Positions 55,623 through 64,000 of a DNA stretch of 64,000 nucleotides are shown piece by piece. The first letter of the stretch is position 1. Every line of letters begins with the position of its first letter. This DNA comes from Lacunisphaera sp. (lineage in GTDB: Bacteria; Verrucomicrobiota; Verrucomicrobiia; Opitutales; Opitutaceae): positions 1,092 to 65,091 of the forward strand of contig DASZXO010000022.1 of assembly GCA_035545835.1 (NCBI GenBank), read 5' to 3'. The position numbers were made by a program, and so were the translations under genes. Below the pieces are notes generated by a model. It made no database searches and was not told the DNA's origin. It worked only from the letters and a program-made list of their open reading frames with translations.

Positions 55623-56123
55623 ATGCCCTACAAGATCATCCCCATGACACCACGGAAGCGCATCGCGCTGGTCGCACACGACGGCCAGAAGCAGAACCTC
55701 GCGGAATGGGCCAAGTTCAACCGCGAGACCCTGGCGGGGCATGAAGTCTGGGCCACCGGCACGACCGGCGCGATGATGGAGAAGACCCTCGGCTTCCCGG
55801 TGCAAAAGCTCCAGAGCGGCCCGCTCGGCGGCGACCAGCAGATTGGCGCCATGATCGTCGAGGGCCGGATTGACTTCCTCATCTTCTTCTGGGACCCGCT
55901 CGAGCCGCAGCCGCACGACCCGGATGTGAAGGCGTTGCTGCGGATGGCGGTGGTGTGGAACGTGCCCGTGGCCTGCGACCGGTCGACCGCCGACTTCATG
56001 ATTTCCTCGCCGTTGATGCACGGCGCCTACGAGCGGCAGGTGTCCGACTACGAGTATTACCGCCAGCGCCGGCTCCCGGTGGAGGCTCGGGCCACCCCCC
56101 GCGCCGCCAAGGCGAAGACCTGA
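55623..56123 (+). CDS. mgsA: Methylglyoxal synthase
   Basis: [30 protein letters not shown] and [11 protein letters not shown]. Confidence 0.97.
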   Translation: MPYKIIPMTPRKRIALVAHDGQKQNLAEWAKFNRETLAGHEVWATGTTGAMMEKTLGFPVQKLQSGPLGGDQQIGAMIVEGRIDFLIFFWDPLEPQPHDPDVKALLRMAVVWNVPVACDRSTADFMISSPLMHGAYERQVSDYEYYRQRRLPVEARATPRAAKAKT

Positions 56124-56127
56124 CCCC

Positions 56128-56517
56128 ATGCTCAAGACCAAGTCGGTGCATTCCCCCATCGAGCCGGCGGACGGCCTGCGGATCCTGGTCGCGCGTTTCC
56201 GGGGCCGCGGGCTGCCGGCCGACCGTTACGACGTGTGGATGGCGAACCTGGGCCCGAGCGAGCGACTCCTGAAATCCTATCTCGCGGAGCGGATCACTTG
56301 GAAGGAATTCGGGCAGCGCTACCGCGAGGAGCTGTTCGCACCGGCGGCGATCGACCGGGACAACGCCACGATCAAGAACCACGGCCAGAAGTTCACGCTG
56401 CGGCTGATCGCGAAGCTGGCCGCCCGGGACAACGTCACGCTCCTGTGCCACTGCGCCGAGGACGCGGCGCACTGCCACCGGTTCCTGCTGCAGGACCTGG
56501 TCGCGCGGGAAACCTGA
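56128..56517 (+). CDS. DUF488 / YeaO-like protein
   Basis: DGLRILV, WMANLGPS, FGQRYREEL and LLCHCAEDAAHCHR. Confidence 0.85.
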   Translation: MLKTKSVHSPIEPADGLRILVARFRGRGLPADRYDVWMANLGPSERLLKSYLAERITWKEFGQRYREELFAPAAIDRDNATIKNHGQKFTLRLIAKLAARDNVTLLCHCAEDAAHCHRFLLQDLVARET

Positions 56518-56522
56518 CGGCC

Positions 56523-58004
56523 CTATTTGGCGAAGGCCGCGATGAACGCGTGCACCGGCATCGCCTCGAGACGGGCGCGGTTGGCGAAGAGTTCCATCAG
56601 GCGGGCGGCCTTTTCGGCGCCGTAGTGGTTGAGGAAGGCGGCGTGCGCCTTGTGCTGGAGGAGTGGGATGCCCTCCTTGCGGCGGCGGCGGTGGCCGATC
56701 GGGTACTCGACGGCGATCCTCTCGGTCGAGCGGCCGTCGTCGAAGAAGACCTGCACGGCGTTGGCGATGGAGCGCTTCTCGGGGTCGAGGTAGTCCTTCG
56801 TGTATTGCGGGTCCTCGGTCACGACCATCTTCGCCCGCAGCGCATCGATGCGCGGGTCGGCCGCGGCGTCGTCCTCATAATGCCCCGCGTGGAGCGTGCC
56901 GTGGAGCAGCCCGATGGCGGTCATGTACTGGAGGCAGTGGTCGCGGTCGGCCGGGTTGTGGAGCGGGCCGGCCTTGTCGATGATGCGCAGGGCCGACTCG
57001 TGCGTCGTGATCTCGATGCGCTCGATTTCCTCGATGCGGCGGCTGCGAACCTGCTGGTGGAGGTGCACGGCGCACTCGACGGCGGTTTGGGCGTGGAACT
57101 CGGCGGGGAAGGAGATCTTGAAGAGCACATTCTCCATCACGTAGCTGCCGAGCGGCCGGCCGAGGCGCACCGGCTGGCCCTTGAACGCGACGTCCTGGAA
57201 GCCCCAGGTTTTGGCCGTGAGTGCGGACGGGTAGCCCATCTCGCCCGTCATGGCGATGAGCGCGAGGCGCACGCCGCGGCTGGTGGCGTCGCCGGCGGCC
57301 CACGACTTGCGCGAGCCGGTGTTGGGCGCGTGGCGGTAGGTGCGCAGCGCGGAGCCGTCGAGCCAGGCGTGGGAGATCGCATTGATCACCTGTTCGCGTG
57401 TCGCCCCGAGCATGACGGCGGCGACCGCGGTCGAGGCGACGCGGACGAGCAGCACGTGGTCGAGGCCGACGCGGTTGAAGGCGTTCTCGAGCGCGAGCAC
57501 ACCCTGGATCTCGTGGGCCTTGATCATGGCCGTGAGAACCTCGCGCATCGTCAGCGGCGCCGGGTGCGGCGGCAGGAGCGAGTGATAGGCGGCGGGCGCG
57601 ATATGGGCGGCCTGGTGGCGCGAGAGCCAGTCGCCGACGCCGAGGATCGCGCCGAGGTTGTCGGACGGGTGGCCCCATTCGGCGGCGAGCCAGGTGTCAT
57701 TGAAATCGAGCCAGCGGATGATCGTGCCGATGTTGAAGGCCGCGGCGACGGGATCGAGTTCGTGGGCGGTGCCGGGCACGCGCGCGCCGTGCTGGATGGC
57801 GGCGCCGGGCACCACCGGTCCCAGCAGCTTGGTGCAGGCCGGGTAGGCGAGCGCCATGACGCCGCAGGCGAGGGTGTCGGCGAGGCACCAACGGGCGGTG
57901 TCGTAGGCCTCCTCGCTGGCGATCTGCGCGCCCAGGGCATAGTCGGCGAGGTCGACCAGCAGCTGGTCGGGCGGCGGGCGGACGTTGGAGAGATGGGAGG
58001 ACAT
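56523..58004 (-). CDS. prpD: 2-methylcitrate dehydratase
   Basis: [58 protein letters not shown] and DRDHCLQY. Confidence 0.97.
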   Translation of the reverse strand: MSSHLSNVRPPPDQLLVDLADYALGAQIASEEAYDTARWCLADTLACGVMALAYPACTKLLGPVVPGAAIQHGARVPGTAHELDPVAAAFNIGTIIRWLDFNDTWLAAEWGHPSDNLGAILGVGDWLSRHQAAHIAPAAYHSLLPPHPAPLTMREVLTAMIKAHEIQGVLALENAFNRVGLDHVLLVRVASTAVAAVMLGATREQVINAISHAWLDGSALRTYRHAPNTGSRKSWAAGDATSRGVRLALIAMTGEMGYPSALTAKTWGFQDVAFKGQPVRLGRPLGSYVMENVLFKISFPAEFHAQTAVECAVHLHQQVRSRRIEEIERIEITTHESALRIIDKAGPLHNPADRDHCLQYMTAIGLLHGTLHAGHYEDDAAADPRIDALRAKMVVTEDPQYTKDYLDPEKRSIANAVQVFFDDGRSTERIAVEYPIGHRRRRKEGIPLLQHKAHAAFLNHYGAEKAARLMELFANRARLEAMPVHAFIAAFAK

Positions 58005-58079
58005 GGAGTGGATCGGGCCCTGACTTCTACTCGTTCCCGTCAACCGAGAGAACGAGAAAGATCATGGGAACGAGAAGGA

Positions 58080-59231
58080 TTACCTTTGCTCCAGCGGCAC
58101 ATAAGGCCGGTCGGCCGGGCCGGTGTAGTTCGCCGCGGGCCGGATGATCTTGCCGTCGGCCCGCTGCTCGATGACGTGCGCGGCCCAGCCGGCAGTGCGG
58201 GCCATGACGAAGAGCGGCGTGAACATCAGCATCGGCACCCCCATCAGGTGGTAGGCCACGGCGCTGTACCAGTCGAGGTTGGGGAACATCCGCTTCTCGG
58301 CCCACATGAACTTCTCGATGCGCTCGGCCACGCCGAACAGCGTGCCGCTGCCGGACTGGTCCGACAGCTCGCGGGCGACCTGCTTGATGATGGCGTTGCG
58401 CGGGTCGCTGACGGTGTAGACCGGGTGGCCGAAGCCGATGACGATCTCCTTGCGCGCGACGCGGGCGCGGATGTCCGCCTCGGCGGCATCGGGCGCCGGG
58501 TAGCGCTGCTGGATCTCAAGGGCCACCTCGTTGGCGCCGCCATGCTTCGGGCCGCGCAAGGCGCCGATCGCGCCGGTCAGGCATGAATAGATGTCGGAAC
58601 CCGTGCCGGCGATGACGCGTGCGGTGAAGGTGGAGGCATTGAACTCGTGCTCGGCGTAGAGGATCAGGGAGCGGTCGAGGGCGCGGACATGCGCCGGCGG
58701 CGCCGGCTGCTGGTGCAGCAGGTGCAGGAAGTGGGCGGCGAGCGAGTCGTCGGCCGTCTCGGTCTCGATGCGCCGCCCGGCCGTGGCGAAATGGTGCCAG
58801 TAGGCCAGCATCGACGGGAATGTCGCGAGCAGCCGGTCGGCGATCTCCCGCGCGCCCTCGGCTGACGTGGGCGGGACCCGCTCCGGTTCAAGGTGCCCGA
58901 GGACCGAGCAGCCCGTGCGGAGAACGTCCATCGGGTGCGCGGCGGCGGGAATCTCCTCGAGGACGGAGCGGAGCGTCCGCGGCAGGCCGCGCAACCGGAT
59001 GAGCCTGGCCCGGTAGGCCTCGAGCTCGGCGCGGTTCGGCAGGCGCTCGTGGACGAGCAGGTGCGCGACCTCCTCGAAGGTCGCCTGCGCCGCGAGTTCG
59101 GCGATGTCATAGCCGCGGTAATGGAGGTCATTGCCGGACTGGCCGACGGTGCAGATCGCGGTGTTGCCGGCGGGCACGCCGGAAAGGGCGACGGATTTCT
59201 TGGCCTTGGGGGCGGGGGGCTCGGAAGACAT
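58080..59231 (-). CDS. prpC: 2-methylcitrate synthase
   Basis: [42 protein letters not shown] and FPNLDWYSA; lies between prpB and prpD. Confidence 0.95.
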   Translation of the reverse strand: MSSEPPAPKAKKSVALSGVPAGNTAICTVGQSGNDLHYRGYDIAELAAQATFEEVAHLLVHERLPNRAELEAYRARLIRLRGLPRTLRSVLEEIPAAAHPMDVLRTGCSVLGHLEPERVPPTSAEGAREIADRLLATFPSMLAYWHHFATAGRRIETETADDSLAAHFLHLLHQQPAPPAHVRALDRSLILYAEHEFNASTFTARVIAGTGSDIYSCLTGAIGALRGPKHGGANEVALEIQQRYPAPDAAEADIRARVARKEIVIGFGHPVYTVSDPRNAIIKQVARELSDQSGSGTLFGVAERIEKFMWAEKRMFPNLDWYSAVAYHLMGVPMLMFTPLFVMARTAGWAAHVIEQRADGKIIRPAANYTGPADRPYVPLEQR

Positions 59232-59260
59232 CGTGGGTGGGGATCAGTGCGATCCGGGAG

Positions 59261-60103
59261 CTAGGGCTTCCCGGTGGGCGGGGTGTACCCGAGGGTGGCG
59301 TAGAGGTCGGCGCGGGTCTGCATGCGGCCGACGACCGAGGCCTGCGTCCCCTCGCGGCGGATCGCCGTGTACACCTCGAGCGAAGCGGCCGCGGCGGCGC
59401 GGGAGGCGGACAGCGGGTAGAGCGCCATCGCGACGCCGGCGGCGCGCAGCTCGGCGGGGGAAAAGAACGGCGTCTGCCCGAACTCGGTGAGGTTGGCCAG
59501 CACCGGAGCCTTCACGGCGGCGGCGAAGGCATGGTAATCCTCGAGCGTGCGCAGCGCCTCCGGGAAGATCATGTCGGCCCCGGCGGCCACATAGGCCTGC
59601 GCCCGGGCGATCGCGCCGGGGACGCCTTCGTTGGCGGCGGCGTCGGTGCGCGCCATGACGACAAAGCTGGCGTCGGGCTTGCCGGCGACGGCGGCGCGCA
59701 CGCGGTCGATCATTTCGGACGTCGGCACCAGGTGCTTGCCCGGCAGGTGGCCGCAGACTTTCGCCGGCACCTGGTCCTCGAGGTGCACGGCCGCGGCGCC
59801 GGCCGCGGCCAGCGCCCGGACCGCGCCGGCGGGATCGTCCCAACCGGTGTCGATATCGACGAGCAGCGGCAGCGGCACGCGCCGGGTGATGCGGCGGACG
59901 TCGATCAGGACATCGTCCAATTCGGTCAGGCCGACATCGGGCACGCCGCAGGAGTGGTTGGCGACGCCGCCGCCGGAAAGGTACAGCGCGCGGAATCCGG
60001 CCCGTTGCGCGAGGAGCGCCGCGTAGGCGTTGATCGCGCCTGCAATCTGCAGCGGCTGCTCGGCCTGGAGGGCGGAGCGGAACCGGGAACCGGGCGAGGG
60101 CAT
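59261..60103 (-). CDS. prpB: Methylisocitrate lyase
   Basis: LYLSGGG, LLVDIDTGW, HLEDQ, KVCGHLPGK, ARTDA, DMIFPEA and LANLTEFGQTP. Start ATG 60103. Confidence 0.93.
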   Translation of the reverse strand: MPSPGSRFRSALQAEQPLQIAGAINAYAALLAQRAGFRALYLSGGGVANHSCGVPDVGLTELDDVLIDVRRITRRVPLPLLVDIDTGWDDPAGAVRALAAAGAAAVHLEDQVPAKVCGHLPGKHLVPTSEMIDRVRAAVAGKPDASFVVMARTDAAANEGVPGAIARAQAYVAAGADMIFPEALRTLEDYHAFAAAVKAPVLANLTEFGQTPFFSPAELRAAGVAMALYPLSASRAAAAASLEVYTAIRREGTQASVVGRMQTRADLYATLGYTPPTGKP

Positions 60104-60219
60104 GGTGGGGTGGCGGGGGTTGCGGTGGGCGGGCAATCTATGACACGAGCCCGCACGCTGTCGAGGGCCGGCGTTGCCGGGGCGCCCAATACGCCGAAAG
60201 AACGGCCCGGACCGGTTGG

Positions 60220-61572
60220 TCAGGCGAGGTCCGAGAGCCGGCGCGCCGAGGGGCGGAGGGGGACGAGGCTGGCGAGGTCGACCGGCAGGTTGGTGCGGAT
60301 GGACTCGACGCCGGCGATGCCGACGAGGATCGAGGCGGCGCCCTGCTCGTGGCCGGCGAAGCGTCCCCACGGGTCGGCGGCGGGCGCCGCGGGGGAGTAG
60401 AACGAGCGGCAGAGGATTTCGTCGGCGCCGCCGTGCGCGCCGGCCACCGCCGGCACGGGCACGAGGTAGCTTTTCTGGAAATGCGGGTAGACCCGGATCC
60501 ACTCGCCCTCGGCCTCGGCGCCAGGCTTGTCGTCGAGCTTGAAGTCCTTCGGCCGCACGGCGCGGTTCATGTGCGTCCCGATGAACTCATGGTACTCGAT
60601 GCGGCCGCGGTCACCGTTGAAGCACACGCGCATGCCCTCGCGGGGGCTGTAGCAGACGAGCGAGTAGGTGAGCAGCTCCCCGGTGCGGTAGCGGACGTTG
60701 AGCGACATCTGGTCGGGGATGTCGATGTCGTCGCGAAACACGTTGCGGTCGCGGATGTAGCCGGAATCGGCTTCGCCGGCGCGGTAGATCCGGCGGAAGG
60801 GCTCGCTCTCGTCGAGGTCGAGGCAGAACGGGTCGCCCTTCGCCTCGGGGTGGCCGGTGTAGCGCGGATAGGCCGCGAGGGCGCCGTCGCCGCGTGCCTC
60901 CGCATTCTTGCGGCCGTAGAAAACGAGGTCGCCATACGCGAAGACCTGCGCCGGGATGGCATCGAGCCACCAGTTCACGAGGTCGAAATGATGCGTGGCC
61001 TTGTGGACGAGCAGCGTGCCCGACTCGGCGGCGCGGGCATGCCAGCGGCGGAAATAGTCGGCGCCGTGGTTCGTATCCAGCAGGTACTCCAGGTTGACGG
61101 AACGGACCTTGCCGATGACGCCGGTGGCGATCAGCTCCTTCACCTTGGTGCGGAACGGGGCCCACCGGTAATTGAAGGCCACGCGCACGCGGCGGCCGGT
61201 CTCCTGCTGGGCGGCGAGGATCGCCCGGCATTTGGCGGCGTCGATGGTCATGGGTTTTTCCGTGATCACATCGCACCCGGCGCGCACCGCGCGCACAATG
61301 TAGTCATGGTGCGTCGAATCGACCGAGCACACGAAGACGGTGTCGGGCTTTTCCGCCCGGAGCATGGCGTCAAACTGCGCGGCCGGATAGGCGGGCACGG
61401 CGTGGTAGCCCCAATCGCCGGCCAGCATCTCATTGTAATAGGCCATCCGGGCCGGGCTCAGGTCGCAGATCCCGACCAGTTCGTTATCGTCGCGATAGGT
61501 CGTGACGAGCGGCTCGATGAAGCTGATGGCGCGGCCGCCGGTGCCGACGAAGGCGAATCGCTGCTTGCTCAT
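60220..61572 (-). CDS. Gfo/Idh/MocA family oxidoreductase
   Basis: FAFVGTGGR, ITEKP, VAFNYR, HGADYFRRWH, HKATHHFDL and HGGAD. Confidence 0.93.
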   Translation of the reverse strand: MSKQRFAFVGTGGRAISFIEPLVTTYRDDNELVGICDLSPARMAYYNEMLAGDWGYHAVPAYPAAQFDAMLRAEKPDTVFVCSVDSTHHDYIVRAVRAGCDVITEKPMTIDAAKCRAILAAQQETGRRVRVAFNYRWAPFRTKVKELIATGVIGKVRSVNLEYLLDTNHGADYFRRWHARAAESGTLLVHKATHHFDLVNWWLDAIPAQVFAYGDLVFYGRKNAEARGDGALAAYPRYTGHPEAKGDPFCLDLDESEPFRRIYRAGEADSGYIRDRNVFRDDIDIPDQMSLNVRYRTGELLTYSLVCYSPREGMRVCFNGDRGRIEYHEFIGTHMNRAVRPKDFKLDDKPGAEAEGEWIRVYPHFQKSYLVPVPAVAGAHGGADEILCRSFYSPAAPAADPWGRFAGHEQGAASILVGIAGVESIRTNLPVDLASLVPLRPSARRLSDLA

Positions 61573-61619
61573 GGCGTAAGGAAAAACACGAAGCTAGGGT
61601 GGTGCATGGGGGAGGGCAA

Positions 61620-64000
61620 TCACGGCGTAAGCCGGCGGAGCGGCGTGAGCGTCACCGGTCCGAGCAGGCCCGATGGCGCCAGCGGCCAGCCGGAGGCGTC
61701 GAAGGGCTTGTACCGGAGGTCAACGAGGTTGATCTCGCGCATGATCTTCCAGTCGACGTGGCGGCGGTCGAGGTCGCGGATGCGGTTGGCGGCGAGGTTG
61801 GTCACGTCCAGTTCGAGGACGTTGCGGCCCGGGCGCAGCGCCGGTCCGGTCCGGAGCCGGAACGGCAGGCTCCAGGCGGTGCCCAGGTCCGTGCCGTTGA
61901 GGCGGACGCGGGCGCTTTCGCGCACGTCGCCGAGGTCGAGCTGCCAGTCGTCCGCCGGGGTCGCGGGCGCGTCGAACTCGACCCGGTACCGCGCCGTGCC
62001 GCCGAAGCGCTGCGCGGCCTCGCCGCCGAGTTCCGTCCAGGATTTCAGCTCGCGGGCCTGCAGCGGCGGCGGCAGGTCCGGGCCGCCGGAGGTGAACGTG
62101 ATGTGCCACTCGCCGGCGAGCGGGACGGGCTCGCCGGCGGGGGCGGTGTAGTTCCAATCGGCGGCGGCGCCCGGCGCGACGGTGGCATACGTGCGCAGCA
62201 GCAACGAGGCACCCGGGGCGAGCTGCAGAAAGACCGCCGGGTTGCCCACGGTGCGGACGGCTGCGCGGCCCGCGCGGCCCGTGAGCGGATCGGTGAGCAC
62301 CGCGCCGCGAACCGCGGTGCCCAGAATCAGCCAGCCGTCGAACGGCTGCGCTTGCAGGTTGGTGAAGAAATAATCGTGGCCGTCGTCGCGGGCGCGGCGG
62401 ATAAACCCCAGGCCGGCCGCCGCCGCCGGCTCACAGGTCGCGCCGCGGTAGTCGAGCTCCGCCAGGACGTCGCCGCTCAGGCTGCCGGTCCGGGCCAGCG
62501 CGTCCTTGATCTGCTGGAATTGGGCCCGGCGTTCCTCCAGGCGGCCGAGGCCGGGCACATCCTCCGGCGGCGCGGCGAAAACCACGGCGCCGCCCGCCTG
62601 CCGGAACGCGAGCAGCTGCGCCAGCGTGGCCACCGGCATGCGGCGGGTCGCCGGGATCACGAGCACGCGATACCGGGTGCCCCCGGGGGTGATGAGGGCG
62701 CCACCGGCGACATGCGTCGCCTGCAGTTGCGCGTCCGAGATGTAGTCGGGGCTGTACCCGGCCTGGAGCAGCTCCGTGGCCACCTGCTCGAAGGGTGAGT
62801 GGGCCAGCCAGCCTCGGTCGTGCACGCCGTACTGGCGCATGAGCCCGTCGGGCTGGTCGATCACGTCCTCGAACGGCCAGTAGACGAGCACATCGTTGTC
62901 GGGCCGGCCGGATTGGAGCACCGCCTGGACGCGGGCGACGTAGGCGTTGAGCGCGGCGAAATCGGTCCACCAGGTGTTGTTCGGGTTGAACTGGGTGGAG
63001 GCGTAGAAGAACCAGCCGGGCCAGGCGGCGTCCGGCGGCGAGTAGACCGTGCCGTGGTAGACGACATGGTTGATCCCGGCGGTGAACAGGCGGTCGATCT
63101 CGGGCTTGGCGAAGGCAAGCGCGACGTGCCAGTGCTCGCGCAGCCAGGTGCAGGTTTCGCTTGAGGCCAGCGGCCGGCCCATGACGTGCGCGGCGGACGA
63201 CGCCAGGCGGAGCACGAGCGGGTTCGGGATGTCGCGGTCGGAGCTCCAGTCTGTGCGCAAGCCGGGCACGGGGAAGGGCGTCGAGCCAAAGGTCTCCGTT
63301 TCGGGAATGTCGACCGTGCCGTAGAGGTCCAGCAGGTTGGCGGGCGCGCCGTGCGACTGGTTGCGCACGAGGAAGCCGTGATCGTGCGACCATTGTTTCC
63401 AGCGCTCGAGGTAGTCGAGATGGAGCCGGGCTAGCGTGGCCCGGTAGTCGGATTTCAACCGGCGCAGCCGGTCGGGATCGACCGGGGCCTGGCCGAGCAG
63501 CTCGGCCGCGTGCTCCTGCAGGTCGTAGCCGTGCATCGCCTGGAAGGTGGCGGGCAGCTCCGGCGTCCAGGAGGCATCGTAGTATTCGAACGAATCGTGG
63601 AATTGCGCCCGGACCAGGCGGGGCGGGAAACCGGCAAAGGCCCGCGTGAAGGGCGCCAGATAGCGATCCAACGCCGCGGGCGAATAAGGATCGAGCACGA
63701 GGCCTTCGCCGCCCGGCGCGGCGCGCTTCACTTTCATGCCGGTGGGCGCGCCGGCAAGCCGTCCGTCGACGAGCGTGAGCCTGGCCGAGCCGTCGGCCGC
63801 CGGGACCCACGGGCCGCCGAACGGCCACCCGGTGCCGGTCACCATGTCGACCCCGAGCCCGAGGCGGCGCGCCTCGTTGGCGGTGTAGGTCAGCATCTCC
63901 ATCCAGCGCGGCGACAGGAATTCGATGGAGCGCGCCTCCGCCCCGCGGGCCCCGTAGATCGGCGTGATCTCCACCCCGCCGAGTCCCGCGGCGGCAAACG
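61620..64000 (-). CDS. Glycoside hydrolase family 106 (alpha-L-rhamnosidase-like), 5' end beyond the window
   Basis: Frame stays open past 63974 (FAAAGLGGVEITPIYG); GTGWPFGGP, DSFEY, QSHG, DIPETETF, SETCTW and GINHVVYHG; C-terminal LDLGDV and GRNVLELDV. Confidence 0.88.
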   Translation of the reverse strand, partial: FAAAGLGGVEITPIYGARGAEARSIEFLSPRWMEMLTYTANEARRLGLGVDMVTGTGWPFGGPWVPAADGSARLTLVDGRLAGAPTGMKVKRAAPGGEGLVLDPYSPAALDRYLAPFTRAFAGFPPRLVRAQFHDSFEYYDASWTPELPATFQAMHGYDLQEHAAELLGQAPVDPDRLRRLKSDYRATLARLHLDYLERWKQWSHDHGFLVRNQSHGAPANLLDLYGTVDIPETETFGSTPFPVPGLRTDWSSDRDIPNPLVLRLASSAAHVMGRPLASSETCTWLREHWHVALAFAKPEIDRLFTAGINHVVYHGTVYSPPDAAWPGWFFYASTQFNPNNTWWTDFAALNAYVARVQAVLQSGRPDNDVLVYWPFEDVIDQPDGLMRQYGVHDRGWLAHSPFEQVATELLQAGYSPDYISDAQLQATHVAGGALITPGGTRYRVLVIPATRRMPVATLAQLLAFRQAGGAVVFAAPPEDVPGLGRLEERRAQFQQIKDALARTGSLSGDVLAELDYRGATCEPAAAAGLGFIRRARDDGHDYFFTNLQAQPFDGWLILGTAVRGAVLTDPLTGRAGRAAVRTVGNPAVFLQLAPGASLLLRTYATVAPGAAADWNYTAPAGEPVPLAGEWHITFTSGGPDLPPPLQARELKSWTELGGEAAQRFGGTARYRVEFDAPATPADDWQLDLGDVRESARVRLNGTDLGTAWSLPFRLRTGPALRPGRNVLELDVTNLAANRIRDLDRRHVDWKIMREINLVDLRYKPFDASGWPLAPSGLLGPVTLTPLRRLTP

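Overview
GC-rich bacterial window, probably Opitutaceae/Verrucomicrobiota (inferred from gene content and protein style). It holds about 50 real CDS; many long ORFs in the track are shadow frames or have over-extended starts. Left to right: (1) tail of an integron-like cassette array with four decaying attC-like sites (1-2137); (2) a bufferin-type MNIO (DUF692) RiPP cluster with an 8-Cys precursor, DUF2063 and DoxX; (3) two GYF_2-RDD paralogues, rsgA, yhbY, tonB and an RsuA-family synthase; (4) a translationally coupled operon of PQQ/sorbosone-type dehydrogenase, cytochrome c and TonB-dependent receptor; (5) a DUF4177-like protein with a thrice-repeated unknown domain, a divergent GH3 and a degenerate RluA; (6) an acyl-CoA cluster: FadJ-like enzyme, a single-chain E1alpha-E1beta-lipoyl-E2 2-oxoacid dehydrogenase and a two-gene split IcmF-type B12 mutase; (7) mbfA, asnS, an acyltransferase and a sugar-catabolic block containing a subclass B3 metallo-beta-lactamase-fold gene; (8) DUF362-polyferredoxin, a PLP decarboxylase, an NTF2-OMPLA-like fusion, a GT-C-like protein, an ABC-2 exporter, mgsA, prpBCD and a GH106 cut by the right edge. 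Several distinct REP/REPIN-like families occupy the intergenic spaces. No rRNA, tRNA, CRISPR array, integrase or transposase was recognised. All calls come from reading motifs by eye; no database searches were run.
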